Part shown: piece after piece, positions 17,852-26,045 of the stretch
Layout of the letters: each line of letters begins with the position of its first letter
Numbering within the stretch: the first letter of the stretch is position 1
Assembly (NCBI GenBank): GCA_020632415.1
Contig: JACKFO010000002.1
Location: 386,732 to 450,731 of the forward strand
Reading direction: 5' to 3'
DNA: 64,000 nucleotides
Source: Candidatus Nomurabacteria bacterium
GTDB taxonomy: Bacteria > Patescibacteriota > Patescibacteriia > UBA1558 > GWA2-36-10
Notes under the pieces: model-generated
Told to the model about the DNA's origin: nothing
The model's input: only the letters and a program-made list of their open reading frames with translations
The model's database searches: none
Program-made: the position numbers and the translations under genes

Positions 17852-19123
17852 TTATTTTAAATCCTCTTCAATACTTAATAAACGATTATACTTTGCGATT
17901 CTCTCTCCTCTGGCTGTAGACCCTGTTTTAATAAACTGAGCATTGACAGCTACAGCTAAGTCCGCAATAGTCGTGTCCGTGGTTTCTCCACTGCGATGAG
18001 AAACAATCACTTGATAATTATTTTTTTGAGCCAAACTAATTGTCTCTAAAGTTTCTGAAAGTGTGCCAATTTGATTTGGTTTAATCAAAATACTATTTGC
18101 TACTTTCATAGCAATGCCTTTTTGCAAACGCTCTTTATTGGTCACAAATAAATCATCACCAATTAATTTAATATTATTTTGTTTAACCAAAGGATTTTTA
18201 GTAAAAATCTGCCAATTTTCCCAATCTTCTTCAGCCAAAGGATCTTCCAAAAATTCCAAAGGATAGTCATCAACCAGATCGGAATAATAATCAATAAAAT
18301 CTCGACTAGAAAAAACTTTCTGATCTAATTTTAGATTATAAGTACTAGTCTGACTATCATAAAAAACAGAAGATCCAGCGTCAATTCCTAAAACAATATC
18401 TTCTCTAGGCTCATAGCCGGCTGATTCAATCGCTTGAATCAGCAAATCAAAAACTTCACGATGAGATTTAACGTTTGGCGCATAGCCACCTTCGTTTCCT
18501 AAATCTGTATCATAGCCAATCGAATGTAATAGCTCGCCTAGAGCATGAAAAATACCACTAGCTTGTTGTAATTTTTCTTTAAACTCAGGAGCTTTGTGGG
18601 GTACAATCCAAAATTCTTGCAAATTAATATTTGAGCTCGCATGCTTACCGCCATTAATCACATTGACCACCGGCGTTGGTAACAAAAAATTTTTCAATTT
18701 AGGATTGTATAAGCTACGTAAATATCGATACAAGGGCTGACCAGTAGATTTTGCTGCTGTCTGAGCCAAAGCCAAAGAAACGCCTAAGATAGCATTAGCG
18801 CCCAATTTACTTTTATTTTTTGTGCCATCAAGATCAATCATTAACTGGTCAATTTTTTTCTGCTCAGTCACTCGCAAACCAACTAATTCTCTAGCAATCA
18901 GATCATTGACGTTGGCTACTGCTTTTAAAACACCTTTGCCACCATAACGAAAAGGATCGTTGTCTCTTAATTCATGAGCTTCAAAAATTCCAGTAGAGGC
19001 TCCACTTGGCACCGCGGCTTGTCCGATCAGGCCATTTGCTAATTCAATTTCTACTTGCAAAGTGGGCTCACCACGTGAATCTAAAATTTCTAAAGCTTTA
19101 ATTTTTTTTATTTTATCTGGCAT
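17852..19123 (-). CDS. eno: Enolase
   Basis: ILDSRGEPTLQVE...SGASTG; 423 aa. Confidence 0.95.
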   Translation of the reverse strand: MPDKIKKIKALEILDSRGEPTLQVEIELANGLIGQAAVPSGASTGIFEAHELRDNDPFRYGGKGVLKAVANVNDLIARELVGLRVTEQKKIDQLMIDLDGTKNKSKLGANAILGVSLALAQTAAKSTGQPLYRYLRSLYNPKLKNFLLPTPVVNVINGGKHASSNINLQEFWIVPHKAPEFKEKLQQASGIFHALGELLHSIGYDTDLGNEGGYAPNVKSHREVFDLLIQAIESAGYEPREDIVLGIDAGSSVFYDSQTSTYNLKLDQKVFSSRDFIDYYSDLVDDYPLEFLEDPLAEEDWENWQIFTKNPLVKQNNIKLIGDDLFVTNKERLQKGIAMKVANSILIKPNQIGTLSETLETISLAQKNNYQVIVSHRSGETTDTTIADLAVAVNAQFIKTGSTARGERIAKYNRLLSIEEDLK

Positions 19124-19132
19124 GCTAATATT

Positions 19133-20296
19133 TTATTTCTTTAATAAAGCTTCTAAAGCTGGCATTTTTTTGCCTTCCAAGAAAGTGATCATCGCTCCTC
19201 CGCCAGTAGAAACAAATGTAAATTTTTTCAATAAACCAAGCTCGTTAAGCATTGCTACCGTTTCTCCACCGCCAACTATGACCTTAGCTTTAAGTCTAGC
19301 TAGTCCTTTGGCAAAATCCTGTGAATTAACTGTTATTTTTTGATTTTCAAAATAACCAAGGGGACCATTCCAAATGATAATTTTTTCTTTTTTTAAAGCC
19401 GTTAAATAACTTTTTACGGTATCTGGACCAATATCTAAGGCTAAATGATCTTTTATTTTTTCAGATACTTTGGCTGTTTTGTAAACTTTAGCATTTAATT
19501 TTTTGGCAAAAATTAAATCAAGGGGTAAGATTATTTTCTTCTGATCTATTTTTTTAGCGATAACAAATTCAGATTTAGCTATTTGCGGAAGCATAAAATC
19601 ATGGCCACGAGAAACTAAAAAAATATTAGCTAAAATGCCACCCAAAAAAATCGCATCAGCTGACTTAATAAAATTTTCAATTAAAGCAATCTTTGTATGC
19701 ACTTTTGCGCCACCTAAAATCACTGCCAAATTCTTCTTGGTTTTCAAAACTTCACTTAAATTTTTTATTTCTTCTTCGACTAAAAAGCCAGCATAACTTG
19801 GTAAAAATTTAGTGATCGTCAGCATTGAAGTATCTTGACGATGCATATTTCCAAAAGCGTCATTGACATAAATATCAGCAAATTTTGCCATTTTTTTTGC
19901 TAAACGCTGACAATTTTTTTGTTCTCTTGGATGAAAGCGAATATTTTCCAAAATCACCAAATCTCCATCGGCTAAACTTTGACTTTTGTCTAAATTATCC
20001 TCTACACTACCCGCCCAAAAAGTTACTTTGTGTTTTAATATTTTTTCTAAATATTTAGCAACTGGCAATAAAGATAAATCTTTAACCACCTTGCCTTCTG
20101 GTCGACCAAGATGAGCCACGATAATCACGCGAGCTTTATTCTTTAATAAAAAATTAATGGTTGGCAAAACTTTTTCTAAACGCCAAGTGTCTTTGGGATT
20201 AATTTTTCTCTGCTGAATCGGCACATTAAGGTCCAGACGCAACAAAACTCTTTTTCCTTGCCAATTTTTTAATTGCTTAATTGTTTTTAATTTCAT
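19133..20296 (-). CDS. pgk: Phosphoglycerate kinase
   Basis: The likely start is the internal MKLKTIKQLKNWQGKRVLLRLDLNVP (ATG at 20294-20296, 2 nt after the upstream gene's stop). The longer track ORF to 20383 would overlap the upstream gene. Confidence 0.85.
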   Translation of the reverse strand: MKLKTIKQLKNWQGKRVLLRLDLNVPIQQRKINPKDTWRLEKVLPTINFLLKNKARVIIVAHLGRPEGKVVKDLSLLPVAKYLEKILKHKVTFWAGSVEDNLDKSQSLADGDLVILENIRFHPREQKNCQRLAKKMAKFADIYVNDAFGNMHRQDTSMLTITKFLPSYAGFLVEEEIKNLSEVLKTKKNLAVILGGAKVHTKIALIENFIKSADAIFLGGILANIFLVSRGHDFMLPQIAKSEFVIAKKIDQKKIILPLDLIFAKKLNAKVYKTAKVSEKIKDHLALDIGPDTVKSYLTALKKEKIIIWNGPLGYFENQKITVNSQDFAKGLARLKAKVIVGGGETVAMLNELGLLKKFTFVSTGGGAMITFLEGKKMPALEALLKK

Positions 20297-20298
20297 AA

Positions 20299-20673
20299 TT
20301 ATTTTTGACCAGAAGTAAAAATTGATTTTACAGCACTCAGATCGGTTAATTGACAAATACTGTTCACTGGAATAGTTGCCCAAATGTAATCAAAAACCAC
20401 AGAATTATAATCCAAAGAAATTTCTAGATTTTTCAACTCTTGCTCAAGCTCCTCACTTAAAGGCAAACTCTGAAAACTAATAAAAGCTCTCAGGGTTTGA
20501 GTTTCTTGTGGTAAAGCTAAAATTGTTTGATCTAATTTCTCAGAATCATAACAAGCAAGTGTTTGTTCTAGATTTTTTGGCGTTTTGCTGGCAGATTTGT
20601 TTAAAAATAAAAAAATGCCCAAAACCATCAAAAAAATTAAAATAAATAACCAAATTGTGTTAGTAATTTTCAT
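20299..20673 (-). CDS. Small secreted/membrane hypothetical protein
   Basis: N-terminal signal/TM helix IWLFILIFLMVLGIFLFL; 124 aa; first gene of the pgk-eno-gpmI-gpmI transcription unit. Confidence 0.4.
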   Translation of the reverse strand: MKITNTIWLFILIFLMVLGIFLFLNKSASKTPKNLEQTLACYDSEKLDQTILALPQETQTLRAFISFQSLPLSEELEQELKNLEISLDYNSVVFDYIWATIPVNSICQLTDLSAVKSIFTSGQK

Positions 20674-20697
20674 AAATAAAAATCGGATTGTGGACTT

Positions 20698-20706
20698 ATT
20701 ATATCA
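20698..20706 (-). promoter_or_regulatory. Extended -10 promoter (TGATATAAT) for the 20673 gene and glycolytic operon
   Basis: Revcomp of ATTATATCA at 20698-20706 gives TGATATAAT, about 25 nt upstream of the start codon. Confidence 0.45.
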
Positions 20707-20740
20707 TATTTGCTAGATAAAATAAAACCACAAAATAAAC

Positions 20741-20772
20741 AAAAAACTCTCAAGATTTTGAGAGTTTTTTGT
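20741..20772 (-). terminator. Intrinsic terminator after the Ham1-like gene
   Basis: AACTCTCAA-GATT-TTGAGAGTT hairpin with flanking A/T runs. Confidence 0.7.
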
Positions 20773-21360
20773 TTATTTTCTATACTTTTCTGCAAAATTT
20801 GCAAAATCTTGTTTAAGTTTATCCCAAGAATCCTCTGTTTCTCTTTTTTCCTGAGGATTTAGCTCAAAATAATTTCTGCTACTAAATTTAGGAAATTCAC
20901 AAACAGAGCAGAGCCAAATTCCTGAACGATAAAACTTTGGGTTATAAACTTTAGCAATTTTCGCATCCATTGCTCTTTGTAAACTAGAAAATAATAATTC
21001 ACCATTATCAGCCACAGCTAAAGCTTCGTGCCACTCTAATCTTCTATCTGTTTTATTTTTCATCAACTCCAATAATTTATCAATTCTTTCTTGATCTGTC
21101 TCAGCAAATCTCTTAGTAGTTAAAGGATTCCAGTCATCCAGAGCTGGTATTACTGCTCCGCCGTCAGTAGAAATCGCCAATCCTTTTACCTGCCTTGAAT
21201 AAAAAATCGCCTTGTTTTCTGCAATTTCTAAAAAATTTTCACCAGATTCTTCAAATTCAAGATTATTTTCTAAATCAATAGGATCAAAATAATCTTTAAC
21301 TATTTCAATCAAAAAATTCCTTTTATATGGATTACCCGTGCCAATTAAAATATTTTTCAT
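20773..21360 (-). CDS. Ham1/RdgB-like non-canonical purine NTP pyrophosphatase (divergent)
   Basis: LIGTGNPYKR (compare ATGNxGK), EESGENFLEIAENKA (compare EETGxTFxENAxxKA), STDGGAVIPAL (compare ADDSGLxVDAL). One of the paired Asp residues is replaced. Confidence 0.5.
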   Translation of the reverse strand: MKNILIGTGNPYKRNFLIEIVKDYFDPIDLENNLEFEESGENFLEIAENKAIFYSRQVKGLAISTDGGAVIPALDDWNPLTTKRFAETDQERIDKLLELMKNKTDRRLEWHEALAVADNGELLFSSLQRAMDAKIAKVYNPKFYRSGIWLCSVCEFPKFSSRNYFELNPQEKRETEDSWDKLKQDFANFAEKYRK

Positions 21361-22406
21361 TTATTATTTTCTACCCCTAAGGCCAATTCTATTAGCTCAC
21401 TAATCAAGGCTTTAAAACTTACACCGCTCGCTTCCCATAATCTTGGGTACATACTAAATTTTGTAAACCCAGGAATAGTATTAATTTCGTTAACAATCCA
21501 CTTATTCTCTTTACTCAAAAAGAAATCTACTCGAGCTAAACCAACGCAATTCAAAATTTTAAACACTTTTATTGCCAAATCTTGCGCTTCTACAACTAAT
21601 TCTTGCGACAAACTAGCCGGCACAATCAAGCTAACGCCATTTTCATCAAAATATTTGGCCTGATAAGAATAAAAGTCATGCTTCTTTTGGCTTGCGACAA
21701 TCTCTCCTAAAATTGAGGCTTTAGGATTTGAATTACCAAAAATTGCACATTCAATCTCACGACCAAAAATATTTTTTTCAATAATAATTTTAGAATCAAA
21801 TGAAAAAGCCTCTTTTATCGCCTCTAAAAATTCTGACTCAACTTGCACCTTACTAATGCCAACGGAAGACCCTAAATTTGCCGGTTTGACAAAAAACGGC
21901 AAGCCTAGTTTTCTAACAATTTCATCAAAATTAATTTTTTCTTGCTCATTATTACAAAAAATTAAAAAATCACCAATTGGTAGACCAGCCTCTTTTAACA
22001 ATCTTTTCATCACGTCTTTATCCATGCCAACGGCAGATCCTAAAACTCCAGCGCCAACAAATGGAACGCCAGCTAATTTAAGCAAACCCTGCACAGAGCC
22101 ATCTTCCCCATAAGGACCGTGTAAAATTGGAAAGGCTAAATCAAATTTCTTTTCTTTTTGACCATTTTCTTTTACTACCTGTCCTGCCCCACCAAGAATC
22201 AAAATACATTCTCCCAAAATATTACCTTCTGGATTAACAACGCTTTTAACAAAGTACCAATTCCCAGATTTGTTGATATAAATTAAAACTGGTTGATATT
22301 TTTCTTGATCAAGATGCTCAAAAATTGCTTGAGCGGAATTAATAGAAACTTCATGTTCAGCTGATTTGCCACCAAAAATTAAAGCTATTCTTTTTTTTAT
22401 TTTCAT
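21357..22406 (-). CDS. ddl: D-alanine--D-alanine ligase (canonical)
   Basis: IALIFGGKSAEHEVSINS N-domain, central FPILHGPYGEDGSVQGLL, C-terminal RVDFFL...NEINTIPGFT; 349 aa. Confidence 0.9.
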   Translation of the reverse strand: MKIKKRIALIFGGKSAEHEVSINSAQAIFEHLDQEKYQPVLIYINKSGNWYFVKSVVNPEGNILGECILILGGAGQVVKENGQKEKKFDLAFPILHGPYGEDGSVQGLLKLAGVPFVGAGVLGSAVGMDKDVMKRLLKEAGLPIGDFLIFCNNEQEKINFDEIVRKLGLPFFVKPANLGSSVGISKVQVESEFLEAIKEAFSFDSKIIIEKNIFGREIECAIFGNSNPKASILGEIVASQKKHDFYSYQAKYFDENGVSLIVPASLSQELVVEAQDLAIKVFKILNCVGLARVDFFLSKENKWIVNEINTIPGFTKFSMYPRLWEASGVSFKALISELIELALGVENNK

Positions 22407-22412
22407 AAATAA

Positions 22413-22418
22413 ATTATA
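22413..22418 (-). promoter_or_regulatory. -10 element TATAAT placed 6 nt upstream of the ddl ATG (probable leaderless transcript)
   Basis: Revcomp of ATTATA at 22413-22418; only TTATTT separates it from the ATG at 22406. Confidence 0.4.
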
Positions 22419-22440
22419 TATTTATTTCTTTAAAAATACC

Positions 22441-22467
22441 AATTAAAAAGGGTAGCAAAAGCTACCC
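22441..22467 (-). terminator. Intrinsic terminator after the VanX-like gene
   Basis: GGGTAGC-AAAA-GCTACCC perfect 7-bp hairpin followed on the minus strand by a U-rich tract. Confidence 0.7.
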
Positions 22468-22475
22468 TCGCCAAA

Positions 22476-23258
22476 TTAAGGCTCGGTATATGAGTAGAAA
22501 GCATCACAATGTTTAACTAATCCATCCATTTGATTACCATAATTAAAATGCCATATTTCCGGACCATAACAACTAAAGCCAGCCTTGACCATCGCCAAAA
22601 TCAAACAAGAGCGATTCTTAATAACCATGGCATCATTATCAGAGAATGCCTTCCTTCTAGCCTTCAGATGATAAAAAGTGCCCGCATCCTCTTTCATCCA
22701 ATCAAAGGGCACTCCCAAATCAACAGCAACGCCATCTCTAAATGGCCAGACATCAATTGATCCACCTGTAGCATGTGGACTTGGGACCATTGAATCTTTA
22801 GAAGGCCAACTCACATAAGCGCGATTTACATCAAACATTGCCGACTGTACATTTTTTGGCAATGTAAAAAAATAATTCCTAACATCATCACAGTCAACTA
22901 AACCCGAAAACCCAGCTGATAAATTAAATTTATCAGCAGTAAATTCTCTCATGTAATACCAGAAAAGTTTCTCCTGTAGCTCATAAGACCGCCAACCATC
23001 ATAAACGATTAAGTCAAACCCTTGATCCAACAGAATGCTCCTGGCCTTCAAGAATCTATCCAAAACTGAACTTCTAATAAAAATTCTATGATCCGTAGTC
23101 AAATGCATGGAATGACAATAATACGAATAACGCATTTCGCTAGGGATTTCCACTAGCAGATCATTATTTTCAATGATTCTCACTTTTCTCCAATCGCCAA
23201 ATTTGTAAGAAAAAAGTGTTTGAAAACGCACCAGCTGCAATTTGAGTTGATTAAACAT
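22476..23258 (-). CDS. VanX/DdpX-family D-alanyl-D-alanine dipeptidase (peptidase M15D)
   Basis: SPHATGGSIDV matches the VanX Zn-binding motif SxHxxGxAxD, EIWHF matches ExxH, DGWRSYELQ matches the DGYRP region. The likely start is MFNQLK (ATG 23256-23258) preceded by a GGAG SD. The TTG-initiated extension to 23324 in the ORF track runs through the leader hairpin and is unlikely to be translated. Confidence 0.7.
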   Translation of the reverse strand: MFNQLKLQLVRFQTLFSYKFGDWRKVRIIENNDLLVEIPSEMRYSYYCHSMHLTTDHRIFIRSSVLDRFLKARSILLDQGFDLIVYDGWRSYELQEKLFWYYMREFTADKFNLSAGFSGLVDCDDVRNYFFTLPKNVQSAMFDVNRAYVSWPSKDSMVPSPHATGGSIDVWPFRDGVAVDLGVPFDWMKEDAGTFYHLKARRKAFSDNDAMVIKNRSCLILAMVKAGFSCYGPEIWHFNYGNQMDGLVKHCDAFYSYTEP

Positions 23259-23305
23259 TTTCGCTTCTCCTCTGTTTTGAATGTGCTTTTCTTCATGATA
23301 TTTCC

Positions 23306-23392
23306 AACAAAAAACCACGCCCAAAATGGACCTGGCCTGTTAAAAATATTTAATTATTAAATCTATTTTACACCTAAAAAATTATTTGTCAA
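23306..23392 (-). repeat. Copy A of an ~87-nt duplicated promoter-plus-hairpin leader (TTGACA-16-TAAAAT, then GC hairpin plus U-tract)
   Basis: Near-identical to 25951-26037. Minus strand has TTGACA (23387-23392) and TAAAAT (23365-23370), then hairpin CCAGGTCC/GGGCGTGG (23315-23335) followed by UUUUUUGUU, upstream of the VanX-like start. Confidence 0.6.
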
Positions 23393-24362
23393 GACAAAAA
23401 GATGAAAGCCTATCAGAAATATACTTAACGCGTTTATTCAGTTTTTTTCTATTAATTTTTATAAAATTTTTAAAAATTTCTGAATTAGCTAATAACCCAA
23501 AAATTAAATCTTCGTAATTAAAACCTAACTGGTAAAAACCAAGGGCCACAAAATCATCGGCAGAGAGGGCTGGTTCACCGTTCATTTCTATTACTGTTGC
23601 TACTTGCTTATTTAATTTTAAATCTAGTCTACTGTAAAATTGAGTATGTAAATATTTATTAGATAAATTTGTAATATTTTTAATATTTTTTACTGATTTT
23701 TTTGATAAAACTGGATCGGTTAAAACTTGACTATCTAATTCCAAATTCTTTGCATTATAATCGTAAAATAATCCATTGTATTTAATTTCTATCGGATTCA
23801 TTATGATGGTCAAACCGCAAATCTGCAAGAAAACGCAAGTGAATTCCCTTCCAACAACATATTCTTCAAATAAAGGAATTTTATTATGTTTTAAAATTTT
23901 ATCCGAAGCTATCTCTTTTTCATTATTATTAAAAACTAAATAAACATCTTCACTAGAAGACCCATAATTATCTTTAATAATTATCGGGTACTTTAAATCA
24001 CGTTGCATTACATTAGACAGGGTAGAAAAAGTTGTTAAAATATTGTTATTGTTTAAAATTTGATTTGTATAATGTTTGTCTCTAAGAATTCTCAAAACCT
24101 CTTCTCTCTGTCCTATAAAATCTATGGAGTTATCATATATATACTTAAATAGCCTTATTTTTCTATATACATTATTTGTATTTGAGTCTATTACAAAAAA
24201 TAAATTACATTTTTTAATATTTCTAAAATTAATTTTTTTGTTTAAAGAAATTATTAAATAATCTATTTTGTGTTTTTGTAATATACTACAAATTTGCTCC
24301 AATGAATCCCTATTATACTTTCTCTCAATTCCCAAGCCGCCATATATTATTCCGATTCTCAT
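23382..24362 (-). CDS. Divergent Ddl-family ATP-grasp ligase (paralog 2)
   Basis: N-terminal RIGIIYGGLGIERKY (Ddl N-domain pattern), central YPIIIKDNYGSSSEDV (compare FVKPANLGSSVG), GREFTCVFL (compare GREIECAVL), C-terminal EMNGEPAL; 326 aa; very AT-rich. Confidence 0.55.
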   Translation of the reverse strand: MRIGIIYGGLGIERKYNRDSLEQICSILQKHKIDYLIISLNKKINFRNIKKCNLFFVIDSNTNNVYRKIRLFKYIYDNSIDFIGQREEVLRILRDKHYTNQILNNNNILTTFSTLSNVMQRDLKYPIIIKDNYGSSSEDVYLVFNNNEKEIASDKILKHNKIPLFEEYVVGREFTCVFLQICGLTIIMNPIEIKYNGLFYDYNAKNLELDSQVLTDPVLSKKSVKNIKNITNLSNKYLHTQFYSRLDLKLNKQVATVIEMNGEPALSADDFVALGFYQLGFNYEDLIFGLLANSEIFKNFIKINRKKLNKRVKYISDRLSSFCLDK

Positions 24363-24374
24363 AATCGCCTTTGA

Positions 24375-25034
24375 TCAAAAAATGATTACATTACCTTTTT
24401 CGGAAAAAGAATTAGAAAAATCCTCTCCAGAAATTTTCCAATTAGAATGCTCGTAACTCCCCTCTGACGAAGGATGGTGTAATATAAAATCATCTATTCG
24501 TCCATTTGAAACATCGGTCCCAAAAATCAAAACCAAATGACCACCTCTAGGCATGACATCAGTGGAGCCATCAAGTTCTTCATATTTTTTACCCGCCTCA
24601 AACCCAACTGTAACAGATGCAATAACCATTCTTTGATTTTGAATATGTGTTGCAATTCTTTTAACATTAGCCCCAACAGACTCCCTAAATCCATCTAACC
24701 CCAAGGAATTACCTAAATCGACTAATCCTTGATGTTTCCAGCCATGCTCCTCATCATAAGCCCCTAGAGCTAAGCCACGATCTAATAACTCTTTTAATTT
24801 AAAATCTTGATCTGGATAATTTTTTAACAACACCATCTTTAAACAAGCTAGACCACAAATTCTTTCTGACCAATACTCTGCTTCATCCCAATTATTAAAA
24901 CCTTCTTTTTGATAATTTTCTTTAGTTAACCTTTGTGAGTAAAAAGGAACATCGCTAATTTCAAAATGCCCATCGATGATTTCCGATCTATTTTCAAATA
25001 AATTTTTAAATTTCATAAATATTGTGCCTTGCAT
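24375..25034 (-). CDS. Standalone C39-type (papain-like) cysteine peptidase domain protein
   Basis: ERICGLACLKMVL matches the C39 catalytic-Cys signature CGxACLxM; the downstream GGHLVLIFG supplies the His. 219 aa, no transporter domain. Overlaps the upstream ligase gene by about 11-29 nt. Confidence 0.5.
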   Translation of the reverse strand: MQGTIFMKFKNLFENRSEIIDGHFEISDVPFYSQRLTKENYQKEGFNNWDEAEYWSERICGLACLKMVLLKNYPDQDFKLKELLDRGLALGAYDEEHGWKHQGLVDLGNSLGLDGFRESVGANVKRIATHIQNQRMVIASVTVGFEAGKKYEELDGSTDVMPRGGHLVLIFGTDVSNGRIDDFILHHPSSEGSYEHSNWKISGEDFSNSFSEKGNVIIF

Positions 25035-25941
25035 TATTTAATAACCAAATTAAAACTTGATAAAAATTTAACCTCGAACCCAATGCCGAATAAATAAAAT
25101 TACTATCACTATATAAACCAGGAACGCTATTTACCTCTAAAAAATATACCTCCCCATTTTTAGACTCAATCAAATCAAACCTTGCTCCACCCTTAATCTT
25201 TAAAAAACTAGAAATAACTCTAATTTTTTCAAATATTTTTTTCTTATTCTTGCCATAATAATATTTATACTCACAAAAACCATCTTCGTATTTAGCTTTT
25301 TTGTCATAAAATTGAGAATTTTTCATAATAATTTCTACTATCGATAATGGATTATAATTTCCACAAGACTCCAACACACCCACCGTTAAAATTTTACCAG
25401 CAACAAATACTTCTGTAAAATTTTGATCATAATTATCAAATATTTTCCCATTAATATTCAAATCTATACTCCCACCACCTCTTATTTTTTTATGAACAAA
25501 CAAATTTTTCTTAACCTTACTAAATCTTAAATCAAAATTATCCAGTGGAGTATTTACATTCAATTTATTAACAATCCCTTTAAAAAATAACTTATCAAAA
25601 GAAACCACGGAAGTATATACATCAGAAAAAGTATAATCTACATCTAAATAATCTAAAATAGATGCCAAATGTCCACTCTCGCCAAAGGTGCCATGCAAAC
25701 AATTAAAAACTATAGAATTTTTGGACAATCTATTAACCCAATCTTTGTCAACAGACGGATCAATCATCTCTATCTGCCAATTATTATTTAGTAATAATTC
25801 ACGCTTCACGGCTTCCCCTGAATACAAAGAAGCCTCTCTTTCTTCTCCGAATCCACCAAAAAATATATAAATTTTTTTACTCTTTAGATTATTTTCAATT
25901 TTAGAAAAATTATCTAAAAAAAATTTAACATTATCATTCAT
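25006..25941 (-). CDS. Divergent Ddl-family ATP-grasp ligase (paralog 3)
   Basis: KIYIFFGGFGEEREASLYSGEAV (Ddl N-domain), FNCLHGTFGESGHLASILDYLDVDYTFSDVYTSVVSFDK (compare FPVLHGxxGEDGxxQGLLElxxiPYvGxxvlaSAlaMDK), ARFDLIESKNGEVYFLEVNSVPGL (compare RVDFFLxxxGxxYLNEINTxPG); 311 aa. Confidence 0.6.
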   Translation of the reverse strand: MNDNVKFFLDNFSKIENNLKSKKIYIFFGGFGEEREASLYSGEAVKRELLLNNNWQIEMIDPSVDKDWVNRLSKNSIVFNCLHGTFGESGHLASILDYLDVDYTFSDVYTSVVSFDKLFFKGIVNKLNVNTPLDNFDLRFSKVKKNLFVHKKIRGGGSIDLNINGKIFDNYDQNFTEVFVAGKILTVGVLESCGNYNPLSIVEIIMKNSQFYDKKAKYEDGFCEYKYYYGKNKKKIFEKIRVISSFLKIKGGARFDLIESKNGEVYFLEVNSVPGLYSDSNFIYSALGSRLNFYQVLIWLLNNARHNIYEI

Positions 25942-25950
25942 AAGTTTACT

Positions 25951-26037
25951 AACAAAAAACCACGCCCAAAATGGGCCTGGCCTGTTGCAAATATTTAATT
26001 TGTATTATTATTCTACACCTAAAAAATTATTTGTCAA
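25951..26037 (-). repeat. Copy B of the duplicated promoter-plus-hairpin leader (TTGACA-16-TAGAAT, then GC hairpin plus U-tract)
   Basis: Minus strand has TTGACA (26032-26037) and TAGAAT (26010-26015), then hairpin CCAGGCCC-AUUUU-GGGCGUGG (25960-25980) followed by UUUUUUGUU, 12 nt before the paralog-3 ATG. Confidence 0.6.
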
Positions 26038-26045
26038 ATGTTAAA

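Noticed and set aside
22476-23324. Longer VanX-like ORF starting at 23324 as given in the track
   Set aside because: Its first codons (TTG GGC GTG GTT TTT TGT TGG) are the 3' arm and U-tract of the leader hairpin and lie in the promoter-proximal region. An ATG with a GGAG SD exists at 23258, so the shorter form is preferred.
24375-25941. Interpretation of the two divergent ATP-grasp genes plus C39 peptidase as a graspetide (microviridin-type) RiPP cluster
   Set aside because: Graspetide ligases are RimK/MdnC-like, whereas these proteins carry the Ddl-specific N-terminal domain pattern and Ddl C-terminal motifs. No precursor peptide ORF with a Gly-Gly leader was found nearby. Kept only as a remote alternative.
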